Below are positions 1 through 8,739 of a stretch of 64,000 bases of DNA, piece by piece. The notes under the pieces were generated by a model that did not search any database, was not told the DNA's origin, and saw nothing but the letters and a program-made list of their open reading frames with translations. The stretch is from an uncultured bacterium. Lineage in GTDB: Bacteria > Krumholzibacteriota > Krumholzibacteriia > LZORAL124-64-63. Position 1 is the first letter of the stretch. The number at the start of each line of letters is the position of its first letter. The stretch lies in contig CAVSZB010000007.1 in NCBI GenBank assembly GCA_963732385.1, positions 1,056,001-1,120,000 on the forward strand. The letters are read 5' to 3'. The translations under genes and the position numbers were made by a program.

Positions 1-1302
1 GTTGATCATCAGGGTCACGACCGCAATGACCCCGCAGAGCCGGTAGTAGAAGAGCATGAACAGCACGACCACGATCGCGCCGATCAGGGCGGCGTTCACC
101 CCCTGCCGGATCGAGTCGCGCCCGAGACCGGGACCGACCGTGCGCTCCTCCTCGATGCGGATGTTGGCCGGCAGGGCGCCGGCGCGCAACAGCAGCGAGA
201 GGTCGCTGGCCTGCTCGTGCGTGAAGGTGCCGGTGATGGAGGCCTTGCCGCTGGGGATCTTGCCGCGGATGTTCGGCGCCGAGGAGACGCGGCCATCGAG
301 CGTGATCGCCAGATTGCGACCGACGTTCTCGCCGGTGACCTTCGAGAACTGGCGCGCCCCCTTGCGGTCGAGCGACATCTCAACCTGCCAGCCGCCCGGC
401 CGCTCCGAATCGGGCGACGTGCGGGCGTTGGTCAGCCGATCGCCGGTCAGGCTGGCCGCGGCGTTGAGGAGATACAGCGGACGCGCCTTCAGCGCCCCGT
501 AGCTGACCGCCTCACTGTCGAACTGCAGCTCCACCGACGCCCCCATCGCGCGGGCGGCCGGACGGGCGAGCAGCTGCTCGACGATGGCCACTTCGTCCTC
601 CTGCACGAACATCGACGTGCCGAAACTCCGCGCGAAGTTCTCGTCCTGCTGGACATAGGCGGTGAGCGGATGATCCTTCACGTACTGGTCGTCTTCGCTC
701 CTGTTGTCGGCCGTGGGCAGCGACGGCAGGGACTTGAAGGGATCGCCCGGAACGCTGTCGGTCGCCGCCGGCATCGCCGCCGGCGTGGCGGCCGCGGCAC
801 CCGAGCCGGTGGCCCGGAACGCCTCGTCGAGGCGCGCGAGCACCCCCGCGACCTCCTCCTCCGGACGCACCAGGCGGAACTCCAGGCGGGCGGTCCGCCC
901 GATCAGATCCTTGGCGCGCTGCGGGTCGAGCAGGCCGGGTAGCTGGACGATGATCCGCCCGGTCCCCTGCGTCTGGATGACCGGCTCGCTCACGCCGAAC
1001 TGGTCGATACGGTTGCGGATGATCTCCACGACCCGCTTGAGGGCGTCAGCCTGCTGTTCCGCAGTCATCCCCTCCTGCTCCACCTCGAGCACCAGATACA
1101 TGCCGCCCTGAAGATCGAGTCCGCGCCGGATCGCCTTCGCATCGATGCGCGCGATCCGCGCCTTGAGGGCCGGGTCGTTCGCCGACGCCACGCGTTCCGC
1201 CGGGGAGATGGAGGCCGCCCGGAAGGTCGGCAGAAGGAGATACAGGGACAGCAGGGTCAGCACCAGGGTGACCCCCGCCCTGATCTGCTGGGTTCTGTTC
1301 AT
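1..1302 (-). CDS. secD: Protein translocase subunit SecD (3' end runs off the window)
   Basis: Not in the ORF track because it is open-ended. Manual translation from ATG 1302 (RBS GGAGAGG) gives MNRTQQIRAG...GLDLQGGMYLVLEV...IIRNRIDQFGVSEPVIQTQGTGRIIVQLPG...LRAGALPA...VGPGLG, the SecD motifs. Confidence 0.96.
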   Translation of the reverse strand, partial: MNRTQQIRAGVTLVLTLLSLYLLLPTFRAASISPAERVASANDPALKARIARIDAKAIRRGLDLQGGMYLVLEVEQEGMTAEQQADALKRVVEIIRNRIDQFGVSEPVIQTQGTGRIIVQLPGLLDPQRAKDLIGRTARLEFRLVRPEEEVAGVLARLDEAFRATGSGAAAATPAAMPAATDSVPGDPFKSLPSLPTADNRSEDDQYVKDHPLTAYVQQDENFARSFGTSMFVQEDEVAIVEQLLARPAARAMGASVELQFDSEAVSYGALKARPLYLLNAAASLTGDRLTNARTSPDSERPGGWQVEMSLDRKGARQFSKVTGENVGRNLAITLDGRVSSAPNIRGKIPSGKASITGTFTHEQASDLSLLLRAGALPANIRIEEERTVGPGLGRDSIRQGVNAALIGAIVVVLFMLFYYRLCGVIAVVTLMIN

Positions 1303-1374
1303 GGACACCTCTCCAGGCTGCATGGCGATAATAATCACGCCGGGTGGCGGGTGGCCCAGGCGCGCCCCGAACAC

Positions 1375-1431
1375 AAAAAAACACGCCCTGACGCGATTTC
1401 CCGACCGAGCTGCAAGCCGGTCCAAGGCGTA
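1375..1431 (-). terminator. Terminator/attenuator-like structure in the secD leader
   Basis: Minus-strand TACGCCTTG (1431-1423) pairs with CAGGGCGTG (1390-1382) using G-U pairs, encloses an inner GACCG/CGGTC hairpin, and is followed by T7. Confidence 0.45.
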
Positions 1432-1465
1432 GCGCGAGCCTCACTACCCCGCCGCGGAACTTACA

Positions 1466-1493
1466 ATTATAGCAACCGGCCGGATTCTGTCAA
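1466..1493 (-). promoter_or_regulatory. Sigma70-type promoter upstream of secD
   Basis: Minus strand reads TTGACA-N16-TATAAT with an extended -10 (TGc TATAAT): perfect consensus hexamers in a very GC-rich background. Confidence 0.8.
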
Positions 1494-1586
1494 TCCCTGC
1501 GCACCTCCGCAACCGGCCGACGCCTCTGGACGACCTTACCGCTACCGCCTACATTCCCCGCTTCGCCTCTGCACGACAGGAGTGGC

Positions 1587-2372
1587 ATGACCCTGGTGAC
1601 CGCCTTTGCGCCCGGCCTCTGGCCGCGGAAATTGCGTCTGACGATCTCCGCCCTCGGCCTGTGCGGTCTGGCCGGCACCCTGTCGCCGCTGCTGGCCGGT
1701 CCGCGCGCCCCGGCCTGGATCGCCCCAGCCGTCGCCAACGCCGTGGCGAGCCCCCTGCGCGCCGACCTGGCCGATTCCACGTTCGCGCGCCTGCACCGGG
1801 AATACGTGTCCGAGATCGATTTCGCGGCCAACGGCTTCACGCGCGCCCTGAGCGCCGCGCACCGCCACCCCGACCGCTGGCTCGCCCTGCCGCTCTTTCT
1901 GGTCGCCGCGGTGGCCCCCTGGTCCGGCCGGAGATCCCCCGTGGCGCGCCCCGCACCCCCCGCTGACGGCGCCGTCCGCTTGTCCGCCCTGCCAGGGGGC
2001 GAAGCGACCCGCGGCGCCCTGCTCGGCCTCATCCCACTGCAGTTGCTGTTCCACGGCACCTCCATCCAGCCGCTCCTGGGGGCCTGGACAGACCTGCTCG
2101 GCAACCTCTCCCGCTCCCTGCTGATGATCCAGATCCAGGCCTACAGCTATTTCGTCCCCGCGACCATGCGCGCCGTGGCGCTGTTCTTCGCCGAGGAATC
2201 GCCGCAGCTGGAAGCGCAGCTCCAGCGCCAGTTGTGGCTGCTGCGGGGGATGGATCTGCTGCTGGCGGCGGGCGAGGCGTTCCTGCTGCTCTGGCTGGCG
2301 CGGGCAGTGCACCGCGCCGCGGAACCGTCAGCCCCCGCCGCGCCCGGCGCCGGCGCCTCCGCCGACGACTGA
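1587..2372 (+). CDS. Hypothetical membrane protein
   Basis: AGGAG RBS before ATG, several hydrophobic segments, GC3-biased codons. Overlaps the end of the convergent deacetylase gene by 45 bp. Confidence 0.65.
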   Translation: MTLVTAFAPGLWPRKLRLTISALGLCGLAGTLSPLLAGPRAPAWIAPAVANAVASPLRADLADSTFARLHREYVSEIDFAANGFTRALSAAHRHPDRWLALPLFLVAAVAPWSGRRSPVARPAPPADGAVRLSALPGGEATRGALLGLIPLQLLFHGTSIQPLLGAWTDLLGNLSRSLLMIQIQAYSYFVPATMRAVALFFAEESPQLEAQLQRQLWLLRGMDLLLAAGEAFLLLWLARAVHRAAEPSAPAAPGAGASADD

Positions 2373-3329
2373 GGTGTCCCGCAGCGCCCGCAACTCCGAC
2401 AAGGTGACCAGCCTGACACCGGCGGCCCGCAGCCGCGGCAGTTCCGCGGCCAGGACCTCGGCCGTGGCAGGCTTGGGGTGTCCGATGCCGATCGCCACCC
2501 CGTTGCGTCGCGCCGCGCGCTCCAGTTGCACCAGACGCTGCCGGATCTGGTCCGGCTCGGGATCCCCCTCGTCGATGAAGAGCTGGTTGGCGAGGCACGG
2601 CACGCCGTGGCGCACAGCCGCCGCCGTCGCCACCGAGCGGGGGGTGGTCAGGCTGTCGAGAAACGGCAGCCGTCGCGCCGCCAGCGCCCCCATCAGGGCG
2701 TCCATGAGGGTCGAGTCGGCGGTGGCCCGGCTGCCGCGGTGGCTGCTCACCCCGGTCGCCCCCGGCACGTCGCCCAGCGCCTCGTCGAGACGACGCGCCA
2801 CCTCGTCGGTCGTCAGGCCGACCCGCAATTCGTCGGGACCGGCCGCCGCCTCGCCCACGGGGTGCCCCTCGGCCTCCATCGGCAGGTGCAGGAGCACCTC
2901 GCGCTTCCCCGGCGCCGCGGCGGCGGCGTAGCGTCGCGAGTGCGGCTGGCCCGGAATGATGGCCAGGGTCAGCGGCGCGTCGAGCGCCAGGATCGCCCGC
3001 GCCGCCGCGGTGTCGCAGCACCCCCAGTCGTCGATGACCAGCGCGAGCAGCGGACCGTCGGCTCCGGGGAGCCGGCCGTGCGTGGTGTCGGGCAGGGCCC
3101 GGGCCGGCGCAACGGCGGCGACGCCTTGCGGCGGCGTCGCGCGTTGCCCCGCCGGGTCGTGCCGCGCCTGCGCCACGCTCCGCCCCCGCGAAACGCGCGC
3201 CCGCCGCAGCGCCAGTCCGCCCCCCACCGCCACCAGCACGGCGACGCCGAGCAGCCAGAGTGTGATCGCGCGCCGCCCGCCGGGGCGGCGTCTGCTGGTC
3301 CGGGATGGTTTGCGCATGGGGCGCAGCAT
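2328..3329 (-). CDS. Divergent polysaccharide deacetylase family (YibQ-like) protein with N-terminal membrane anchor
   Basis: Motifs LALVIDDWG, LLHLPME, SSHRGS, FLDSLT and AIGIGHP. The start may be 3317. Confidence 0.88.
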   Translation of the reverse strand: MLRPMRKPSRTSRRRPGGRRAITLWLLGVAVLVAVGGGLALRRARVSRGRSVAQARHDPAGQRATPPQGVAAVAPARALPDTTHGRLPGADGPLLALVIDDWGCCDTAAARAILALDAPLTLAIIPGQPHSRRYAAAAAPGKREVLLHLPMEAEGHPVGEAAAGPDELRVGLTTDEVARRLDEALGDVPGATGVSSHRGSRATADSTLMDALMGALAARRLPFLDSLTTPRSVATAAAVRHGVPCLANQLFIDEGDPEPDQIRQRLVQLERAARRNGVAIGIGHPKPATAEVLAAELPRLRAAGVRLVTLSELRALRDTSVVGGGAGAGRGGG

Positions 3330-3367
3330 AACCGCTCGACCGGCGAAAGCCAGCCCGGCCTCGGGGG

Positions 3368-3399
3368 AAAAAGAAAAAGGGGGCCCGTCGGGGCCCCCT
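3368..3399 (-). terminator. Rho-independent terminator after the lipoprotein pair
   Basis: 9-bp stem AGGGGGCCC/GGGCCCCCT with a 4-nt loop, followed on the minus strand by a T-rich tract (A-rich 3368-3378 on +). Confidence 0.85.
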
Positions 3400-3428
3400 C
3401 GATGAACCGGTCGGCCAGGCGCCGTGGT

Positions 3429-4037
3429 CTACGGGGTCGATCGGGTCATGTCGACCTGGCCGCGCAGCTGGAAGTACTGCCTGGTCAAGCCGTTGGCTAC
3501 CGAGTCCCGGCTGGCTACGTAGAACTCCTGCTCGCCGTTCACGATGATGGTGTTCGCATCGGGGCGCGAGAAGGTGATCTGGATTTCGTACAGCCCTTTC
3601 CGGGTATTAGGAAAATTGGTATCGCTCGGACCGACGTCGATCCAGATGCCCAGCCGGTTGAGCACGGCGATCGAGATGCTCGAAATGGCCGGCACAGTCG
3701 TGTCCCCGGGCCGCTCGATCGGCAGGCCGGAGAACATGTTCTCCGTCACCGCGAGTTCCTCGGCGTAGGTGAAGCGATCGCTCCCGCCAGGTGGCACATC
3801 CTCAGCGCGGAGGATGAAGAGATAATCCGGATGCAGCACGGGGCGGTAGTTGTCGATGTTCATGCTGGTGTAGGCTGTCTTGAAGTTGGCGATCAACTGG
3901 TCTTCGCTGTCCGGAAATGGGATCACGGGCGGAGGAGGCGGCGGCTGAGTGTCGTTGTCCGGCGAAAAGAGGCAGCCGGAGCCCGTCAGGACGGCGAGCA
4001 ACAGCGGCATCAGGAAGGCAAGTCTGAGGATCCGCAT
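3429..4037 (-). CDS. Lipoprotein of unknown function, possible NTF2/SnoaL-like fold
   Basis: GGAGG RBS; signal peptide with lipobox LTGSG-C; Pro-rich linker; pattern 'LIANFKTAY...NYRPVLHPDYLF'. The fold is an inference. Confidence 0.8.
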   Translation of the reverse strand: MRILRLAFLMPLLLAVLTGSGCLFSPDNDTQPPPPPPVIPFPDSEDQLIANFKTAYTSMNIDNYRPVLHPDYLFILRAEDVPPGGSDRFTYAEELAVTENMFSGLPIERPGDTTVPAISSISIAVLNRLGIWIDVGPSDTNFPNTRKGLYEIQITFSRPDANTIIVNGEQEFYVASRDSVANGLTRQYFQLRGQVDMTRSTP

Positions 4038-4137
4038 GGAGAAACCTCCGTTTGCTGACGCATGCACCGTGACGGGGCCACGGCGCACGAAACCCTGTCC
4101 ACGAGGTTTGCTATGAGTATAGCCTATCAAGGAGCGG

Positions 4138-4776
4138 CTAGCCACCCCCCGCGATAATGGCGCCGCGCAGGATGCCCGCCGTGGGCAGGGTGGCGCCCGA
4201 AATCGGGTCGGCCTCCCCCTGCACGTCCCGCCACTCCGTCAGCTTCCAGAAGCTGCCTTCCAGGGCCAGCTTGAAGAACGCCCGCCCACGGTAAGGGGTC
4301 GGCTGCGACGAGCCGGGGCTGGTCACCCCCAGGGCGTAGATGAACTCCCACTCCACGGCCGTGGCCCCCTCGCCGTCAAAGATCACGACCTCGCGCAGGC
4401 TCGCCGCGATGGCGTCGGTGTTGTTGAACAACGCCGTGATAAAGACCTGCTCCCTGGTGTAGTCCCAGTTCGGCCAGTCCACGTCGGGATACTCGGTCGT
4501 GGTCTGCCCGTCCGGCACGTAGTGGAAGGTCTCCCCGAGCTGGTCCATGTAGCCGACCGCATCGCGGGCGCGCAGCGCCTTGTCGAGATTCTCCATCACG
4601 GCGGCCGCGCTCAGGCGCGGGATGTACTGCACCACGCTGCCGCTGGCGGGCGGTTCCGCCCCGCGCGGCGCGAACAGGCAGCCACCGACGCCAGGCGCCA
4701 GGGCCAGCGCCAGCAGCAGCGCTGCCGGCGCGCGCCGCGCCACCCCCCGGCCCGTACTGTCGAATCCGTTTCGCAT
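4138..4776 (-). CDS. Lipoprotein of unknown function, probably related to 3429-4037
   Basis: ATG overlaps the barrel gene stop (TGATG); lipobox GVGG-CLF; similar 'VMENLDKAL...YMDQLGETFHY' segment; ends WKLTEWRD. Confidence 0.8.
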   Translation of the reverse strand: MRNGFDSTGRGVARRAPAALLLALALAPGVGGCLFAPRGAEPPASGSVVQYIPRLSAAAVMENLDKALRARDAVGYMDQLGETFHYVPDGQTTTEYPDVDWPNWDYTREQVFITALFNNTDAIAASLREVVIFDGEGATAVEWEFIYALGVTSPGSSQPTPYRGRAFFKLALEGSFWKLTEWRDVQGEADPISGATLPTAGILRGAIIAGGG

Positions 4777-6863
4777 CAGAATTTCCACCCCAGGGCGATG
4801 TCCGCGTCCCAATAGTCGCTGTTGGCCACCTGCACGTTCGGACCGTAGGCGTAGTACTTCTTCACGCGCGCGGTCAGGTTCCGGCCATCCTCAGACGCAC
4901 CGAGCGTGCGGCTGTAGGTTCCGCCCACCCAGACCTGTCCGCCCAGCCGCGACCGGCTGCTCCCCCGCGCGCCAAAGGTCGTATTCACGTCTTTCGTCCG
5001 TTGCGTGGCGCCCTCCAGCGTGAACCCGGGCTGCACCTGATAGGTGAGCCCGCAACTGACCGTGGAGATGCGCTGCTCGAGATCGCGCGCGTAGACCGCA
5101 TCGCCGGCGGCGTTCTCGGACGACTTGCCGGCGTTGAACCGCGCGCTGTACTCCTGGACCAGATTGAATCTGAGCCGGGAGGACGGCTTGAGGGTCACCC
5201 TGGTGCTCAGGTTGCCCCGCTTGTTGTAATCGTCACGCAGCGTGATCGACGGCAGGGCGTCATACACATAGTCGGTGAACTGAATTTCCAGCCGGTAGTC
5301 CTGACTCAGCTGCAGCCACGATTCCAGCGGCCAGAAATAGCCGGCGCGCATCTCGTAGGTGTCCTTGAAGTTGTTGTTCGCGGATCGGTTGCGCCGGATC
5401 GCGATGTCCTCGACGTGGCGATAGGCGAACGTTCCGACCGTGCGAAAAACGTTCGCCCAGTCGGTCGCGAGGGTCGCCGACCAGTTGCTCTCGAGCCGAT
5501 CCCGATCGTTGTCGTTGAACTGCCGTTCGGCGATCTGCTGATTGAGGATCTGCTGCCCGCGCAGGCGCAACGACGAACGGCGAAACAGTCGGTGCGACCA
5601 GACGGAAGTGAGCTCCCGGTTCTTCGCGATCTGTCGTCCGCGCGGAACGGTCGCGTTGCGGTATGTCTGATCGTCCCAGCGCCACATGTAATTGTAGGAA
5701 AGACTGAGGGTGTCGGTCGCGGAGGTCCAGTCGGCGCCGAGCTGCACGCGATCCTGGTGATCCTCGCGGCGTCCCGCCCCGCTCGTGGCGAAACTGTTCT
5801 TCCTCAGGTCTCGCCCCAGGGTCGCGTCCAGGCTCAGGCCGCCCCACCTGGCGGCATTGCGCCACTCGAGCGCCATGGCGTCGTTCTGCTCCAGCTCCTG
5901 CACGATCTTCTGGACCGCGCCGAGCGTGTCGATAATGCCATTGGCGTTGCGGCGATAGTCCAGGTAGCGGCGGTCGAAGTTGGCCAGGCGGGCAGAGACC
6001 GAACCGGTCAACATGCGACGGGTGTAACCGACAAACGCGCCGAGGGTGTCGCCGTTGGCAGAGGACGAACTGGTCTCGTTGCCCAGCGTGCGGTTGCCTC
6101 CGGAGCGTTCGCCATAGGCGCTCGTTACGACCACCACGCCCCGCGCCGGCTGGTAGCGACTGCTCAGCCCCGCGCTCCCGAGCCGCTCGCGAAAATCGTT
6201 GGGAATGCCCAGACTCGACTGCTTCTGGTCGTCCAGGCGTCCCGCCAACCGCAGCGCATGACGGACCCCGCCCGTGTTCGCGACCAGGCTGTCCACGTTC
6301 GCCCGTGCCTGCTTGAAGTCGAGCCGGTTGATGTTGGCGTTGCCGGCGGTGTTCACGGTCCGGTCTTCACTCCAGTTGCGGGTCAGCGAGAGGGTCTTGC
6401 AGAATCGCGGGCCGGACAGGTCGCTGAAAAGCAGGCTGCCGTCGCGCGCTTCGACCGTCTTGTCCTGCTGGCGATAGTCCTCCAGCGACCAGCCGACCTT
6501 CGCATTCAGAACGGAGTGGTTGCGCAACACCAGATCGCTCGCCAGCCCGGCGTCATAGCGGACGGTGCGCACACCGGAGGACAGGTGAGCGGTCGGCGAC
6601 TGGGTCCAGATCACGATGGCCGGGTCGGTGGCCGGTGGCGCCGCCTCCCCGCTCAAGCTGTCCGCGACCGCGTTCGTACTGTCCGACGCGGCGAATTCGG
6701 TCGGCGCCGGAACGGAGTCGCCCGGCGCCGCGGCCAGCATCACCGTTATCGCCTCGCCACGTGCGGCCCCGGCCGGCGGGGAGAACGCCAGACCGTCGCA
6801 GAGCAGCAAAGCCAGCGCGGCGATCCCGGCCCCCCGGACCTTGTCGCGCGGACCGCCACTCAC
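4776..6863 (-). CDS. Large outer-membrane beta-barrel protein of unknown function (~695 aa)
   Basis: GTG start overlaps the rsmA stop (GTGA); signal peptide; many amphipathic strands; C-terminal BAM-type signature ...DIALGWKF. Confidence 0.8.
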   Translation of the reverse strand: MSGGPRDKVRGAGIAALALLLCDGLAFSPPAGAARGEAITVMLAAAPGDSVPAPTEFAASDSTNAVADSLSGEAAPPATDPAIVIWTQSPTAHLSSGVRTVRYDAGLASDLVLRNHSVLNAKVGWSLEDYRQQDKTVEARDGSLLFSDLSGPRFCKTLSLTRNWSEDRTVNTAGNANINRLDFKQARANVDSLVANTGGVRHALRLAGRLDDQKQSSLGIPNDFRERLGSAGLSSRYQPARGVVVVTSAYGERSGGNRTLGNETSSSSANGDTLGAFVGYTRRMLTGSVSARLANFDRRYLDYRRNANGIIDTLGAVQKIVQELEQNDAMALEWRNAARWGGLSLDATLGRDLRKNSFATSGAGRREDHQDRVQLGADWTSATDTLSLSYNYMWRWDDQTYRNATVPRGRQIAKNRELTSVWSHRLFRRSSLRLRGQQILNQQIAERQFNDNDRDRLESNWSATLATDWANVFRTVGTFAYRHVEDIAIRRNRSANNNFKDTYEMRAGYFWPLESWLQLSQDYRLEIQFTDYVYDALPSITLRDDYNKRGNLSTRVTLKPSSRLRFNLVQEYSARFNAGKSSENAAGDAVYARDLEQRISTVSCGLTYQVQPGFTLEGATQRTKDVNTTFGARGSSRSRLGGQVWVGGTYSRTLGASEDGRNLTARVKKYYAYGPNVQVANSDYWDADIALGWKF

Positions 6864-7708
6864 GAGCCACCTCCGACGCGCGGCTCCGGCAGCCCGGCGG
6901 CAAGCGCCCGCAGGCGCGCCACCGCCAGCGTTTCCGGTCGCGCACCGGGATCGATGCCGGCCCGCTCCGCCGCCTCGACCGCCTGCGCCGCTGTCAGATC
7001 GAACTGCGACCGCAACAGGGTTCCCACCTTCTTGCGACGCTGTCCGAACAGCGCCTTCACTGTCGCCTCGTACTGCCGCCACTCCGGCTCCGGCCAACTC
7101 TCCGCCACGGGGATCAACCGCACCACCGCCGACGCCACCTCGGGCCGCGGCCAGAACACGGTCGGCGGCACCGTGCGCACTATCCGGGAGGTGAACACGG
7201 CCCCCAGCAGCGCCGCCAACACACCGTAGCTGCGCCCTCCCGGCGCAGCGCAGAGGCGATCGGCCACCTCCCGCTGCATCATCAGGACCGCCCCCGCCAC
7301 CCGCTCCCGCTGCTCCACCAGCGCAAACAGCACTACGCTGGTAAGCAGGTACGGCAGATTGCCGGCCACCACCGGTCGCGGACCGGCCGCGGCCAGCGTG
7401 GCGGCCCAGTCGAGCCGCGCCAGATCCGCCTCGACCAGCCGCAGACCCGGCTGCGCGCCCAATTCCTCCCGCAGGACGGCACACAGCAGGCGATCGACCT
7501 CGATCGCGGTCACGGACGCGTGGCCGGCGAGCAGCGGTCCGGTCAGCGCCCCCGCCCCCGCCCCCAGCTCCAGGACGTCCCGCCCCAGCGCCAGGATCTC
7601 CGCCGCGATCGCCTGCGCGATGTTGGCGTCGAGCAGGAAGTTCTGGCCGCGCCGCTTGACCGGCCGGATCCCGTGGGCACGCAACAGGGCCGACTGGCTG
7701 CGGGTCAC
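6860..7708 (-). CDS. rsmA: 16S rRNA m6,2A dimethyltransferase
   Basis: KRRGQNFL, VLELGAGAG, VAGNLPY, MMQREVADRL, FWPRPEVAS, FGQRRK. GTG start after GGAGGGG. Confidence 0.95.
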   Translation of the reverse strand: MTRSQSALLRAHGIRPVKRRGQNFLLDANIAQAIAAEILALGRDVLELGAGAGALTGPLLAGHASVTAIEVDRLLCAVLREELGAQPGLRLVEADLARLDWAATLAAAGPRPVVAGNLPYLLTSVVLFALVEQRERVAGAVLMMQREVADRLCAAPGGRSYGVLAALLGAVFTSRIVRTVPPTVFWPRPEVASAVVRLIPVAESWPEPEWRQYEATVKALFGQRRKKVGTLLRSQFDLTAAQAVEAAERAGIDPGARPETLAVARLRALAAGLPEPRVGGGS

Positions 7709-7907
7709 GGACGACCCCTCCTGCTGCACGTTATAAATCGTCACGCCGCGCCGGCGATGATCGCCGCACGGTCAGAACAGCGACTGTCCGCTGTCAATAA
7801 TCGACGCAAGGAACCACGGATCGAGCAAAAACGCGATAGCGAAGGGACGTGCGGGCCATCCTCCAGGGAGGGGCTCGTGTTGAGGCAGAAGCGCGAATGC
7901 TGCATAA

Positions 7908-7937
7908 ATACTACCATTTTTACACACCCTGTGTCAA
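7908..7937 (-). promoter_or_regulatory. Internal sigma70-type promoter upstream of rsmA
   Basis: TTGACA (overlapping the tatD stop)-N18-TAGTAT with an extended -10 TGg, in an AT-rich patch. Confidence 0.65.
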
Positions 7938-8731
7938 TCGACAGCCCCGAACAGCGCGGCGCAGGCGGCAGTGGTCCGCTCGGCCAGGGCTTCCAGGGAG
8001 AGGCCGCACACCTGCGCCACGGCCGCCGCGGTCAGGCACAACCAGGCCGGCTCATTGCGCCGGCCGCGCTGCGGGTGCGGCGGCAGCCAGGGGGCGTCGG
8101 TCTCGAGCAGCAGATCGTCCGTCGGGATGCCGCGCAGCAGGTCCGGCAGGGCGCTGCTCCGGTAGGTGACCGGGCCGCCGATGCCGAGCCGGAAACCGTG
8201 CCGCCGCGCCCAGGCCGCCGTCGCGGCGTCCCCCGCGAACGCATGCAGCACGCCGCGGCGCTCCGGCAGCCCCTCCGCCTCAAGCAGCGCGAGCGCCTCC
8301 GGGTAGGCGTCGCGCACGTGCAGGATGACCGGCAGGCCGAGTCGTTTCGCCAGCGCCAGTTGTGCGCGGAAGGCGGCCACCTGCGCCGGCCGGGGCGAGA
8401 GATCGCGGCAGAAATCGAGGCCGATCTCTCCGATCGCCACCACCCGCGGACCGGCCGCCAGCGCGGCGAGCCGGGCCAGCACTGCGTCGGCGTCGGGTGT
8501 GGGGCGGCCGTCCGGATCGGCGAGCCGCGTGGCATCATGCGGATGAATCCCCACGGCGGCCAGGAACCGGCGGTCCTCCCGGGCAAGCGCGGCAGCGCGT
8601 TCGCTGGTCTCGGAGTCATAGCCGACTTCGAGAAAACGGGTCACACCGGCCGCTTCCGCCCGCTCCAGAACCTGCTCGCGATCATCATTGTATTCGGCGC
8701 GGCCAATATGGAGGTGGCTGTCAACGAGCAA
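7934..8731 (-). CDS. tatD: TatD family metal-dependent nuclease
   Basis: DSHLH, GIHPH, IGEIGLD, ILHVRDA, LHAF, LLETDAPW and RNEP motifs. Confidence 0.95.
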   Translation of the reverse strand: MLVDSHLHIGRAEYNDDREQVLERAEAAGVTRFLEVGYDSETSERAAALAREDRRFLAAVGIHPHDATRLADPDGRPTPDADAVLARLAALAAGPRVVAIGEIGLDFCRDLSPRPAQVAAFRAQLALAKRLGLPVILHVRDAYPEALALLEAEGLPERRGVLHAFAGDAATAAWARRHGFRLGIGGPVTYRSSALPDLLRGIPTDDLLLETDAPWLPPHPQRGRRNEPAWLCLTAAAVAQVCGLSLEALAERTTAACAALFGAVD

Positions 8732-8739
8732 ACGGCCCC

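Noticed and set aside
1046..1444. ORF upstream of secD containing RGAPGPP, resembling RAPP/RAGP-type arrest peptides
   Set aside because: The motif is not an exact match, there is no signal or TM segment, the 5' codons are AT-ending unlike real genes here, and the ORF runs about 257 nt out of frame into secD.
4091..4123. Short palindrome GCTAT-N4-ATAGC and TATACT between the two lipoprotein genes
   Set aside because: The arms are only 5 bp and the -35 is poor, too weak to call a promoter or operator.
6864..7484. N-terminal extension of the barrel ORF to 902 aa
   Set aside because: It overlaps rsmA in another frame. The GTGA-coupled start at 6863 gives a proper signal peptide.
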